From: a virus
DNA length: 64,000 nucleotides
Virus record (IMG/VR): IMGVR_UViG_3300045988_141012
Strand: one strand, 5' to 3'
The notes beneath the pieces are model-generated. The model did not search any database, was not told the origin of the DNA, and worked only from the letters and a program-made list of their open reading frames with translations. Positions 47,055-55,672 of the stretch are shown in pieces (positions within the stretch are counted from its first letter, which is position 1; each line of letters opens with the position of its first letter). A program made the translations under genes and the position numbers.

Positions 47055-47166
47055 ATTTTAAATAATGTATATAAGAACCGTAGGAACTACGGGGATAGCT
47101 CGGTGATACTTAACTCGTTGGAGTTATTGACCGAGAACCCTACGACTTTAGTCGTGGGAGGTTCAG
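47055..47166 (+). ncRNA. omega-RNA-like scaffold at the right end (its 5' part probably starts inside the tnpB 3' end)
   Basis: Three hairpins: CCGTAG/CTACGG, CTCGGT/ACCGAG and CCTACGAC/GTCGTGGG. It ends at the element boundary; the guide would be AAAAAGTATTACGAAG... from 47167. Confidence 0.5.
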
Positions 47167-47265
47167 AAAAAGTATTACGAAGAACAGGCAAAATATAATA
47201 CTTGGCAAACAGGATTTAGAGAAAAGACCAATGACTTTTTAAAGAATCCTACTGACGGAGATTAT

Positions 47266-49587
47266 ATGAAACGATTCTTTGAATTGGCTGATGAAGCTAC
47301 TTCAAAGAACATGGAATCTGTTATTACGCAACAAGAAATGGTTGCTGATAATATGAGAAGTGCTATCGCTGCACTTAAAGAAAAAGAAGAAGTAGCTATG
47401 AAGCTTATGCAAGATGCTCCTACTGCTACTTTGGCTAAAAAGGCACAAGAAACTTTAAGTGATATTCGTGAAAATATTCAAGATGTAGAGTCTGATTTTG
47501 TGGACGTAATGGAAAAGGTTACGGAGCAAAAAGTTCAAAATATTCAAAATCAAGATAGTAGATATACTCGTGAAATCGGCAACTTAGAATATGATGAAAA
47601 TATTCTTACAAATCGTTATGGTAGAACAGAAAATCAGTATGAGAAAGCACAACTTTCAAACGATATTCTTGAAAACTATAATAAACAGCTTGAGTTCCAA
47701 ACTATGCGAAAGAACGAAGCTCATCAAGGCGTTCTGGATATGTATAACACGAATAAGGCTGATGAACGATTTATTTTACAGAATGTCAAATTTGATGAGT
47801 TGTTCAACGCCGATGGTAGTATAAATGAATATGCTCATGAAGCAGCAAAAGCTGTATTGGAGAATATGGAGAATGGTTCTCAGTATGTGCAAACTTTTGA
47901 GGGTATGCTTACCCAAAGACAAGAATATACTCAAAATTGGCTTGATGCTGTTTCACAAGAACGCGATTTAATGGATAAAATTGCAGACCAGCAAATAGAA
48001 GATGCTACTAATAAGATTAAAATCGCTACGGACAATTATGAGATGATTAACAAAATCTTAGATGTTCGTTTGAACAAAGAGAAAGCTATTACTTCTGCAT
48101 TGCAAGAACAGTATTCATTCCAACAATCATTGAGAGATGCTGCTTTGGATTATCAAAGTGAACTTATTGCAAATAAAAATCTTTCTCAATGGTTAGATGA
48201 TGATACAAGAGCGTTGTTGTTTAATGAGAATGACTATTCTGATATGATGAATACTATTAATGGCTTGAATGATGAAATGTCGAGAGCCTATAAGAAGTAT
48301 AAGTCAGATATTAATAAGTTAGGCAAAGACGATTACTATCAAGAACAACAGATTACTAATGCTTATAATCGCCGTGTTGAACAGTTGAAAGAGCAATTAG
48401 AAGTAGCAAAGCAAAATCTTGAAGTCACAAAGAAAAATGCTGAATTCCAAAACACTTTAAAAGAACGTGATACTCGTATTCTTGTCGGCGACAGATGGGT
48501 AAATGTTGCTGATCCTGAAAAACTGTATAATACTCAGTTAGAGGCTACTAAGGCTACAATGGCTCGTGACAATCTTATTCAAGATAACGTTGAGAATGAG
48601 AATGTTCGTAAAATGGAAGAACAGAGTGATAAGACTCAAGAAATCATTTCAGCAAATCAACAATATATTGACACATTGTCAAATATAAACGGAGAAGAAG
48701 CAGTTCGTCACGCTGAAACAATGGAATCTCTTGAGGCTCTTATTGCTACGAATAACGCATTAAATGGCAATAGTATTAAGTGGGCTAATATATTCGAAAA
48801 TTCCGATAAATCTATTTATAGTCAATTGGCAGGTTTCAGCGACATTGAACTTGGAGATAATTTCTCATATAATACTGATTATGCAAACAATCAAAGTGTT
48901 GTTGACTTTTTGCATAAAGCAGGTATTTATTCAGATGAAGCCTATAATGCTATAAGCAAAATGAATGAAACTCATGTAAACAGTAAGGTTACTACTGATA
49001 ACAATAGTCTTCAATATTCACAACGTTTTGACCATGGTGGACTTGAATCAGAAATGACTTTAGGTAAAAATGGAGATAAAAAACTTGCACAGTATAGAGA
49101 AGATAATGCTCCTGTTGAAGACCCTACTGAGAAAGTACAAGAATACCTTGATTTACAAAATAAACAGAACGGACTATTAACGCCATCTCAACGTAAAGAA
49201 CTGCAAAAATGGGAGGCACTTGTCAATCAAGAAAGGGCAAACAATAGACTTTATTATGATACTCCTATAAATTATTCGGGTTTATCTGAATTCGGAGATC
49301 GTTTTGAACCGGTTACTTTACAAGGCATGGTTGCAAGTTCAAATTTTGAGAATATTATGACTAAAATGATGGAATATTATGCAAGTCCTATGGCAATGCC
49401 TGATTTAATTCCGCAATCTCCTCAACAAATGCCTGCAACTAACAATTCAACGTCGACGACTGAAAGCATTACGTTTACGGGCGATATAAATGTGACTGAC
49501 CCTGTTCCAGACGCAAATGCTTTTGTAGATTCTTTGACAGACAAAGTTAAATCACAATATCCAATTATAAAGAACACGAAAATATAA
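47266..49587 (+). CDS. C-terminal segment of the giant tail protein (ORF 773 aa; modelled exon 47167-49587)
   Basis: The frame is open back to 47152, and the 33 codons upstream of ATG 47266 read like protein (KKYYEEQAKYNTWQTGFREKTNDFLKNPTDGDY). Coiled-coil rich. Confidence 0.7.
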   Translation: MKRFFELADEATSKNMESVITQQEMVADNMRSAIAALKEKEEVAMKLMQDAPTATLAKKAQETLSDIRENIQDVESDFVDVMEKVTEQKVQNIQNQDSRYTREIGNLEYDENILTNRYGRTENQYEKAQLSNDILENYNKQLEFQTMRKNEAHQGVLDMYNTNKADERFILQNVKFDELFNADGSINEYAHEAAKAVLENMENGSQYVQTFEGMLTQRQEYTQNWLDAVSQERDLMDKIADQQIEDATNKIKIATDNYEMINKILDVRLNKEKAITSALQEQYSFQQSLRDAALDYQSELIANKNLSQWLDDDTRALLFNENDYSDMMNTINGLNDEMSRAYKKYKSDINKLGKDDYYQEQQITNAYNRRVEQLKEQLEVAKQNLEVTKKNAEFQNTLKERDTRILVGDRWVNVADPEKLYNTQLEATKATMARDNLIQDNVENENVRKMEEQSDKTQEIISANQQYIDTLSNINGEEAVRHAETMESLEALIATNNALNGNSIKWANIFENSDKSIYSQLAGFSDIELGDNFSYNTDYANNQSVVDFLHKAGIYSDEAYNAISKMNETHVNSKVTTDNNSLQYSQRFDHGGLESEMTLGKNGDKKLAQYREDNAPVEDPTEKVQEYLDLQNKQNGLLTPSQRKELQKWEALVNQERANNRLYYDTPINYSGLSEFGDRFEPVTLQGMVASSNFENIMTKMMEYYASPMAMPDLIPQSPQQMPATNNSTSTTESITFTGDINVTDPVPDANAFVDSLTDKVKSQYPIIKNTKI

Positions 49588-49595
49588 GTTATAAG

Positions 49596-49644
49596 TTAGA
49601 TGGTTGCTCCCTTTTTGGGAGTGACTGTCTAATGCTGTTTTTTT
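49596..49644 (+). terminator. intrinsic terminator
   Basis: TTAGATGGTTGCTCCC-TTTTT-GGGAGTGACTGTCTAA followed by a T-run. Confidence 0.55.
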
Positions 49645-49667
49645 ATTGGTTGAATCAAGGAATTTCG

Positions 49668-49696
49668 TGGATTGGTATTGATTTTTTGAAAAAAAT
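49668..49696 (+). promoter_or_regulatory. promoter TTGATT-17 nt-TATAAT
   Basis: -35 at 49668-49673 and -10 at 49691-49696. A perfect 14-bp palindrome CGATTATATAATCG at 49725-49738 lies just downstream (operator-like). Confidence 0.5.
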
Positions 49697-49848
49697 CGGT
49701 TATAATAGTAATAGAAATTTTATGCGATTATATAATCGAAATGAATAAAAGTATAGTGATTATAACTTGCGTTGAAATGCATATAATATTATTAAATAAA
49801 TGTTTTTGAAAGATATAGTTCAAATTATTTATAAAAGGAGGAATTGTC

Positions 49849-50022
49849 ATGGGAGTATATGCTATAAAGAGTGAAAAGCCAATAGTTACAACCAAACCAC
49901 TAGTAAGAAATACGGTCAATCAAGATTATATGAATTGGGTAAATTATATGAACACTCATGATTTTACCTTCAAGATAGACGGAGATAATAATTTAAAAGT
50001 TAAGGCAACAAAGAATAAATAG
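49849..50022 (+). CDS. 57-aa protein, candidate partner/antitoxin of the downstream GNAT
   Basis: AAAAGGAGGA lies 7 nt before the ATG, and the stop is 3 nt before the GNAT ATG. It is below the track cut-off. Confidence 0.5.
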   Translation: MGVYAIKSEKPIVTTKPLVRNTVNQDYMNWVNYMNTHDFTFKIDGDNNLKVKATKNK

Positions 50023-50025
50023 TTT

Positions 50026-50580
50026 ATGAATCAAATAGAAAAATATACAAATGAATTACGTCCATTATCCTTCAAGTTTTCTTCTGGCAATATCGCCATT
50101 GATAATTTTCTGTCAAGTGATGATGCTCTTGATAGGACAATAGGAATTACTTATGTATTATTGGATGAAGAAAGAACTCGAATTATTGGTTATTTTAATA
50201 TCTCCGTTAGTCGTATTGATGAGAAAAGATTGCAGAATGGAGAAGCAACTTATCACCCATTAGGTGGTGCAGCAAAAATTAATTATTTAGCTGTAGATTC
50301 AGAATTTCAACATCAGCTTTTATATCAAACAAATAACGGAGATAAAAAATATATCGGAGATTATTTATTGGGTCAATGCGAACAAAAAATATGGGATATA
50401 CATAATGACATAGGAATAGCTTTCATATATCTTTCATCCACAAAAGAAGGTTATCATATGTATCGCGATCGTAATTTTTATGAAGATTTAGAAGATGATA
50501 TGAATGTTGCAAAAAATGACAAAGACTTAACTTGCAAGGATTTATATAAATATATTGATGACTTATATTCTTATAACTAA
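50026..50580 (+). CDS. GNAT-family acetyltransferase, TacT/AtaT-toxin-like layout
   Basis: FSSGNIAIDNFL...GITYVLLDEERTRIIGYFNIS...INYLAVDSEFQ...GDYLLGQC...GIAFIYL...EGYHMYRDRNF follows the FDCG...LN.FL...TYV...GYY.L...L.RLAVD pattern of GNAT toxins (recollection). Confidence 0.55.
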   Translation: MNQIEKYTNELRPLSFKFSSGNIAIDNFLSSDDALDRTIGITYVLLDEERTRIIGYFNISVSRIDEKRLQNGEATYHPLGGAAKINYLAVDSEFQHQLLYQTNNGDKKYIGDYLLGQCEQKIWDIHNDIGIAFIYLSSTKEGYHMYRDRNFYEDLEDDMNVAKNDKDLTCKDLYKYIDDLYSYN

Positions 50581-50602
50581 AAACAATACAAACCACTAAT
50601 AA

Positions 50603-50635
50603 ACAGTTGCGTTATATTACGTAGCTGTTTTTTTA
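50603..50635 (+). terminator. intrinsic terminator
   Basis: ACAGTTGCGT-TATATT-ACGTAGCTGT (2 G.U) followed by T7. Confidence 0.6.
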
Positions 50636-50647
50636 TTGCAAAAATTT
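50629..50647 (+). promoter_or_regulatory. T-run + ATTGCAAAAAT (motif copy)
   Basis: TGCAAAAAT is exact at 50637-50645, 2 nt before the SD AAGGAGGTG. Confidence 0.3.
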
Positions 50648-50662
50648 AAGGAGGTGAAACAT

Positions 50663-52534
50663 TTGCTTAGAAAACCAGCATTGCAATATCCACACGCAGA
50701 GGTTGTAAATCCAAATGAAGAAGTTGATTTTCAATGTGAATTACAATCAAGTGGAAAGATTGCAAAAGCACGATTAATGATAGATGACAACAATTATGAA
50801 TATTACTTTGATAATTTTGATATACAAAATTTGCAAGAAAATAATTATAGTTCGTTGGTTACATACCCTATTAAGAATAACATTCCAACATATAAGATAT
50901 ACAAATCGGACAGCAATAGAACAAGTGATGAAACCACGTTTTCATTCGCTGCCGGTGAAATGTATACTTGGAAGATGAGAATATATGAGGACGATACCAA
51001 GTCTAATTATGTGCCGTCTTCTTGGATTGGTAAAGGTACTGTTATGGAAACGTATCAATATGATTCTAATAGTCATGCTCCCATAGGAATTAGCACCAGT
51101 GAAATAATCGGCAACAAAATTATTCGTATCAACCCACATATACAAATGTATTTTAAAGATAGTATGGGGATTGGAACTGCTTTATACGAAAAATTTTGGA
51201 CAAGATATGATGATAACACTCGATATTATATTAAAGTTGGAAACAAATTTACTGAAATCAAAAATTATTATTATTTCTTACCAAAGCACGACAAAGGTGT
51301 AGGTTATGCCGGAGGAAAGGTAACTCACGTTAATAAAGATAGTGATTTAGATTCATATGGCGATCCAAAATTTGGTTATGCACTTATAGACGAAAAATTC
51401 AATGTTTCTGTCGGTGATACCTATACCATATACTGTAATTACATAGATACAGACCAATATTATTTCGACACAAACACACCTCCTGAGATTAATTTATATG
51501 AAAACTTTACAAGTGTAAATGGTGAAAATGTGACAAGAGAGATAAATTTATCTGAAAATACGCAACTTACTCCCTTATCATTATCATACAGTAATTTTCG
51601 TATTACTGGCGAATATTCACAAGCAGAAGGTGTAACAGTAAGTCATTATAGTTTTCTTTTAGAGGAACGTGAAACTGAAACAAAGTATTCAACTGTTGCT
51701 TATTCAAATAATATATATTCTACAATTATAAATTGGCAGTATGATAGATTTATAAGTGGTAATGAGTATAGATTGACATTATCTTTAACAGATAGTGTTG
51801 GTTTTACGTCTGAAAAAGTTATTTATCTTTCGACAGAATATAACTCTATTTCCTACCCTACCAACTTAAAGATTGAACCGTATAGGAAACATAATTCATT
51901 AATTGTAGATTTCAGTGAATTGCACTCAATTACCGAAACAGAAAAAATCAAGGACGGACATCGGTTTATTGCTTATAACGAAAACACTGATAAAGTTGAT
52001 ACTACTTTGGAGATTCCTAATAATTCGTGTCACGTTGACAAGGGAAACTATCTTGTTTATGATTTGATTGACGGTGAAAAAGATTTGTCATTCGGTACGA
52101 ATACCGTATATACAACATTCCGAGTTGACACTGATTATACCGGCAGAATATTTGAAGTGACAGATGATAATGGAATAATGACAACGTTAGACTGGGACGG
52201 TATTTATTTTAGAATATATGTTGGCACTGAAGATAATAATGGTGTGAGATTAGAACCATATTCTCCTTATGAAAATTGGAATAATAAAACCACTGAAGAA
52301 AAGGAACAAGCAATTAATGAAGCATTGATGAAAGAAGAAACGGATTATTCTATTCCTTACTTATATATGGACGGACAGATTAATTATGGAGACAGTTTGT
52401 ATTATCATACTGAAACTCCTATAAGTGAACAAACATGGCTTGTAATCGTAGATACGGAAGGAAAACGTGCATATTTTAAAAATATGTCTGATAAAAACAG
52501 TGAATTTGTAGAAAGAAAGTGGGGTACTTATTAA
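50663..52534 (+). CDS. tail/baseplate structural protein (623 aa)
   Basis: TTG 50663 lies 6 nt after AAGGAGGTG; the track start at 50636 lies in the terminator T-run. Confidence 0.55.
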   Translation: MLRKPALQYPHAEVVNPNEEVDFQCELQSSGKIAKARLMIDDNNYEYYFDNFDIQNLQENNYSSLVTYPIKNNIPTYKIYKSDSNRTSDETTFSFAAGEMYTWKMRIYEDDTKSNYVPSSWIGKGTVMETYQYDSNSHAPIGISTSEIIGNKIIRINPHIQMYFKDSMGIGTALYEKFWTRYDDNTRYYIKVGNKFTEIKNYYYFLPKHDKGVGYAGGKVTHVNKDSDLDSYGDPKFGYALIDEKFNVSVGDTYTIYCNYIDTDQYYFDTNTPPEINLYENFTSVNGENVTREINLSENTQLTPLSLSYSNFRITGEYSQAEGVTVSHYSFLLEERETETKYSTVAYSNNIYSTIINWQYDRFISGNEYRLTLSLTDSVGFTSEKVIYLSTEYNSISYPTNLKIEPYRKHNSLIVDFSELHSITETEKIKDGHRFIAYNENTDKVDTTLEIPNNSCHVDKGNYLVYDLIDGEKDLSFGTNTVYTTFRVDTDYTGRIFEVTDDNGIMTTLDWDGIYFRIYVGTEDNNGVRLEPYSPYENWNNKTTEEKEQAINEALMKEETDYSIPYLYMDGQINYGDSLYYHTETPISEQTWLVIVDTEGKRAYFKNMSDKNSEFVERKWGTY

Positions 52535-53553
52535 TGGCAAAAGTAAAATTATTCGGCGGTGTAACGTACTGTGCTTTTGGCGTTGATGAAGGCTCACACT
52601 CACAAGAAATGATACAAACACCACCTACGCAAACATACGGTAATTATAATTGGAATACTGACACGAGAATGTTGTCAAACTTCAATGATAGTTTGTCGGG
52701 TAGTAATTTCGATGGCTCATATGAAAACATAGACCATTTTGAAGTATATAAAACACTTGGAGAATCAAATAGATTGCACAAGGTTTGTCAAACAGAAAAT
52801 TCTGCTCAACGTGTAATAGAAGATTTTACGGTTGGCGACTTATGTGATTACAAGTATAACATTTTTGCTGTTTGTAAAAATACGATGACAGTTAACGATA
52901 CGGAAGTTAATGTTGAAACCATCTCTCCTTTTGTGTCTGATAAGATTCAATTACATAGAGGTGTTATATCTGTTATAGGACTTGTTCCAACGGATAAAGA
53001 AAATACTTATACCATAGACGAAGATAACATATGGCAATTAGATATTAATGTTACTAATGACGGTTATACATTAAATACTGACAAGACGTTCTATCAAACA
53101 CAAAACGCATATGGCAAAGCCACCGGTGGTAATCGTAAACAAAGAACTATGTCTATTACAGGGTTGCTTGGCAAGATAGATTGTAGTAATGACAGTGAAT
53201 ATGTAGACACCTATGATGACATTATAAATTGGGAAAACTTCGTATCAAGTAATAGTCTTAAAATGCTCATAGATTTAAGAGGATTAATAACAATCGGCGA
53301 TACTGACGTTAATCCTACATTCCAATATGATACAAATGATAACCATGACGTGTCAGTAACCTTTACATTTAATCAGTTAAATGATATTGATACGGTTGAT
53401 GTGTTGGGTATGACATTGCCGATTAATCCATTGTATTATGAATATTTAGCGGATAGCGAAGGAGCTTTGTTGAAAGATACAGTTGAAGTTGATTCGAATA
53501 ATAAATATCACGAATACCTTGCTTCTCCCCTTTTGGACGGTGGTTTAATATGA
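52534..53553 (+). CDS. tail/baseplate structural protein (339 aa)
   Basis: ATG overlaps the previous stop (TAATG). Confidence 0.5.
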   Translation: MAKVKLFGGVTYCAFGVDEGSHSQEMIQTPPTQTYGNYNWNTDTRMLSNFNDSLSGSNFDGSYENIDHFEVYKTLGESNRLHKVCQTENSAQRVIEDFTVGDLCDYKYNIFAVCKNTMTVNDTEVNVETISPFVSDKIQLHRGVISVIGLVPTDKENTYTIDEDNIWQLDINVTNDGYTLNTDKTFYQTQNAYGKATGGNRKQRTMSITGLLGKIDCSNDSEYVDTYDDIINWENFVSSNSLKMLIDLRGLITIGDTDVNPTFQYDTNDNHDVSVTFTFNQLNDIDTVDVLGMTLPINPLYYEYLADSEGALLKDTVEVDSNNKYHEYLASPLLDGGLI

Positions 53554-54797
53554 ACATATATAAGAACGGATATGTAGTTGACAGTATCCATAATATTAAT
53601 ATTGCAAATATAACAAAACAGGTATATCTAAATTCGTTCAGCAAACTTGGGTTTGAGAGAATGCTCAAAGTGTTCAAAGCTGATATAGTTATACCTGTTT
53701 TTAGATTGTATTTGTTGGACGAAGATGAAAATATATCAATAGACGCAAGCGATGATTTAATGTCAGCGAGTTTAAGTATTACATATCAGACTGGTCAAAG
53801 ACGTACAATGACTATTACTCTTGCAAATATAGATAATAAGTGGAAGCCTAAGCCGATCAAGGGACTAATATGGACTGGAAGCAAATTCAGATTTGATTCT
53901 GGTATTGTTATTGGTGACACAATATATTGGAAACAACAAGGAGTATTTGTTTTTAAAGACCCTACATTATCAAGAGAAAATTCAAATCAAACAATCTCAT
54001 TATCATTATGTGATAAGTTTGGTTTATTTGATGGCAGTGTTTATGGAACGACAAGTTTAAAGACAATCATTCCTGTTGGTGTTCCAATGAAGAATGCTTT
54101 TACTTCTCTATTGGCAAGCGACAGAGGAAATGGCAAACCATTTGACCTAAAACCAATTATCTTCAATAGTGAATATACGGACGTTAATACATATTACACT
54201 ATCAAACAAGATGCCGGTACAAAAGTCAGTGAGATATTTACAAGTATGGGAGAAACCATTTCGTCTGATGTATATTATAATGAATTTGGCAATATGGTTG
54301 TTAGTTCTAATGTTAATGAGTTTATATCATCTAACTTTCCTGTTGTATATCGTTTTGAGGAAAATGACAAAGATATTGTGTCGGCAAATGTTGTTTATAA
54401 TACATCACAAGTCAGAAATAAAGTTGTTGTTAAAGGTGCTATTGCCAACGGTTATCAATTCAGTGCTATTGCCGAAAATAAGAATTTGAAATCAGACTAT
54501 TGTATTCAGTATAATGGCGAAATACCAGAAGTTATAAATGATAGTAAACTATATGCTGATTCATTGTGTATGTCACGAGCAATGTATGAATTGATTAATT
54601 TTAGTCGTGGTACGAAAACATTGAATTTATCTTGCACATATAATCCTATATTCGATGTAAACCAGTCTGTTATGGTCAATTATCCAAGCTTGGGTATTAA
54701 CAACGAAAACTATGTCATTGACTCTATTTCAATGAATATGGATAGTGGTGCAACTACATCTTTAACAATGACAAATATTAACGAGGTGATCTTCTAA
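53550..54797 (+). CDS. baseplate/tail hub-like protein (415 aa)
   Basis: Overlapping start; a loose resemblance to XkdQ/late-control-D-type proteins (recollection). Confidence 0.4.
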   Translation: MNIYKNGYVVDSIHNINIANITKQVYLNSFSKLGFERMLKVFKADIVIPVFRLYLLDEDENISIDASDDLMSASLSITYQTGQRRTMTITLANIDNKWKPKPIKGLIWTGSKFRFDSGIVIGDTIYWKQQGVFVFKDPTLSRENSNQTISLSLCDKFGLFDGSVYGTTSLKTIIPVGVPMKNAFTSLLASDRGNGKPFDLKPIIFNSEYTDVNTYYTIKQDAGTKVSEIFTSMGETISSDVYYNEFGNMVVSSNVNEFISSNFPVVYRFEENDKDIVSANVVYNTSQVRNKVVVKGAIANGYQFSAIAENKNLKSDYCIQYNGEIPEVINDSKLYADSLCMSRAMYELINFSRGTKTLNLSCTYNPIFDVNQSVMVNYPSLGINNENYVIDSISMNMDSGATTSLTMTNINEVIF

Positions 54798-55165
54798 TGA
54801 ACAAAAAAGAAGAAAAAGAAGAAAAAATAGATTTTAATGATGAAACAGTTATTGCATATGTAAATATGATACGTCAAATTATCCAAAGTGAAGTTTCAAC
54901 ATATTTAAAAAATCAGAATATTGAAACATTTGAGGATTTAAAAGTGCAAAGCGTTTCTGATGACGGATTACACGCAACATTGAAAGATACGACTACAAAA
55001 GAAGTATATGAAAATATACCTAACTATACAAATATAAAAATCAAACCAAATGATTTTGTCCGAATGTATATTAGTAATCAAGGATTAAAAAAATATATTG
55101 GACAAACCTTTGGTTCAAGAACAGAATATCTATGTCAGATAGAAGACAAAGGCGGTGATAAGTAA
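54797..55165 (+). CDS. small baseplate-associated protein (122 aa)
   Basis: Translationally coupled (TAATG). Confidence 0.45.
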   Translation: MNKKEEKEEKIDFNDETVIAYVNMIRQIIQSEVSTYLKNQNIETFEDLKVQSVSDDGLHATLKDTTTKEVYENIPNYTNIKIKPNDFVRMYISNQGLKKYIGQTFGSRTEYLCQIEDKGGDK

Positions 55166-55656
55166 TGGCAGATTTACATATTGACACAAGTAATGTCAAG
55201 TTAATGAGCGAGTTTAAAGACGCAGTTGAGGAATATGTAAATAAATATGTATCAAGTATTATACAAGGATTGCATGGAAAACAGACACTTACTCAAAAAG
55301 CTACTGCGAGTAGTCGTGACGCACAAAAAGAAATAATTCCTGTGTCTCTAACGATCAACGTTCCTTTAGTTAAACATTGGGGCGTATTGAACGTAAAAAG
55401 AGTTAACACTAACGATTCGTTATCTCAAGTTATTTTTTGGTGGGATAATGGTAATTTTAAATATAAAATATCGTACAATTCATTGCTTGCTTGTGATATG
55501 AATCGGTTTCAATTGCAAACTATCCAATATATAGATTCAATAGCATTTAATGAAGATGGAAACGAGTTGTCATTTAACATCATTAATGATGTCTATTCCA
55601 ACTCGACCACAAAAAGAGAAAACGGTAACTTTGAAGTTGATTATCATATTTGGTAG
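55165..55656 (+). CDS. hypothetical baseplate protein (163 aa)
   Basis: Translationally coupled. Confidence 0.45.
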   Translation: MADLHIDTSNVKLMSEFKDAVEEYVNKYVSSIIQGLHGKQTLTQKATASSRDAQKEIIPVSLTINVPLVKHWGVLNVKRVNTNDSLSQVIFWWDNGNFKYKISYNSLLACDMNRFQLQTIQYIDSIAFNEDGNELSFNIINDVYSNSTTKRENGNFEVDYHIW

Positions 55657-55672
55657 AAAGGACGGTGATTAG

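Larger units (their letters stand above)
45396..47166 (+). mobile_element. IStron: td-like group I intron fused to an IS200/IS605-family element (tnpB only)
   Basis: The LE hairpin CTCGTGAC-TTTA-GTCATGAG (45413-45432) and the RE hairpin CCTACGAC-TTTA-GTCGTGGG (47139-47158) share GACTTTAGTC. The intron core spans 45506-45770, including AAGAUAUGGUCUG. tnpB is inside. The element ends in G47166, and joining 45395 to 47167 keeps the frame. Confidence 0.75.

Noticed and set aside
47266-47268. ATG 47266 (GGAG 5 nt upstream) as an independent start of a 773-aa protein
   Set aside because: Not excluded, but the frame is open for 38 more codons (from 47152, 33 of them after the element end at 47166). 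The in-frame fusion with 45395 argues for an exon. It is kept as an alternative in the feature evidence.
50636-50662. Track start TTG 50636 for the 632-aa protein
   Set aside because: It lies in the terminator T-run and upstream of the SD. TTG 50663, 6 nt after AAGGAGGTG, is preferred.
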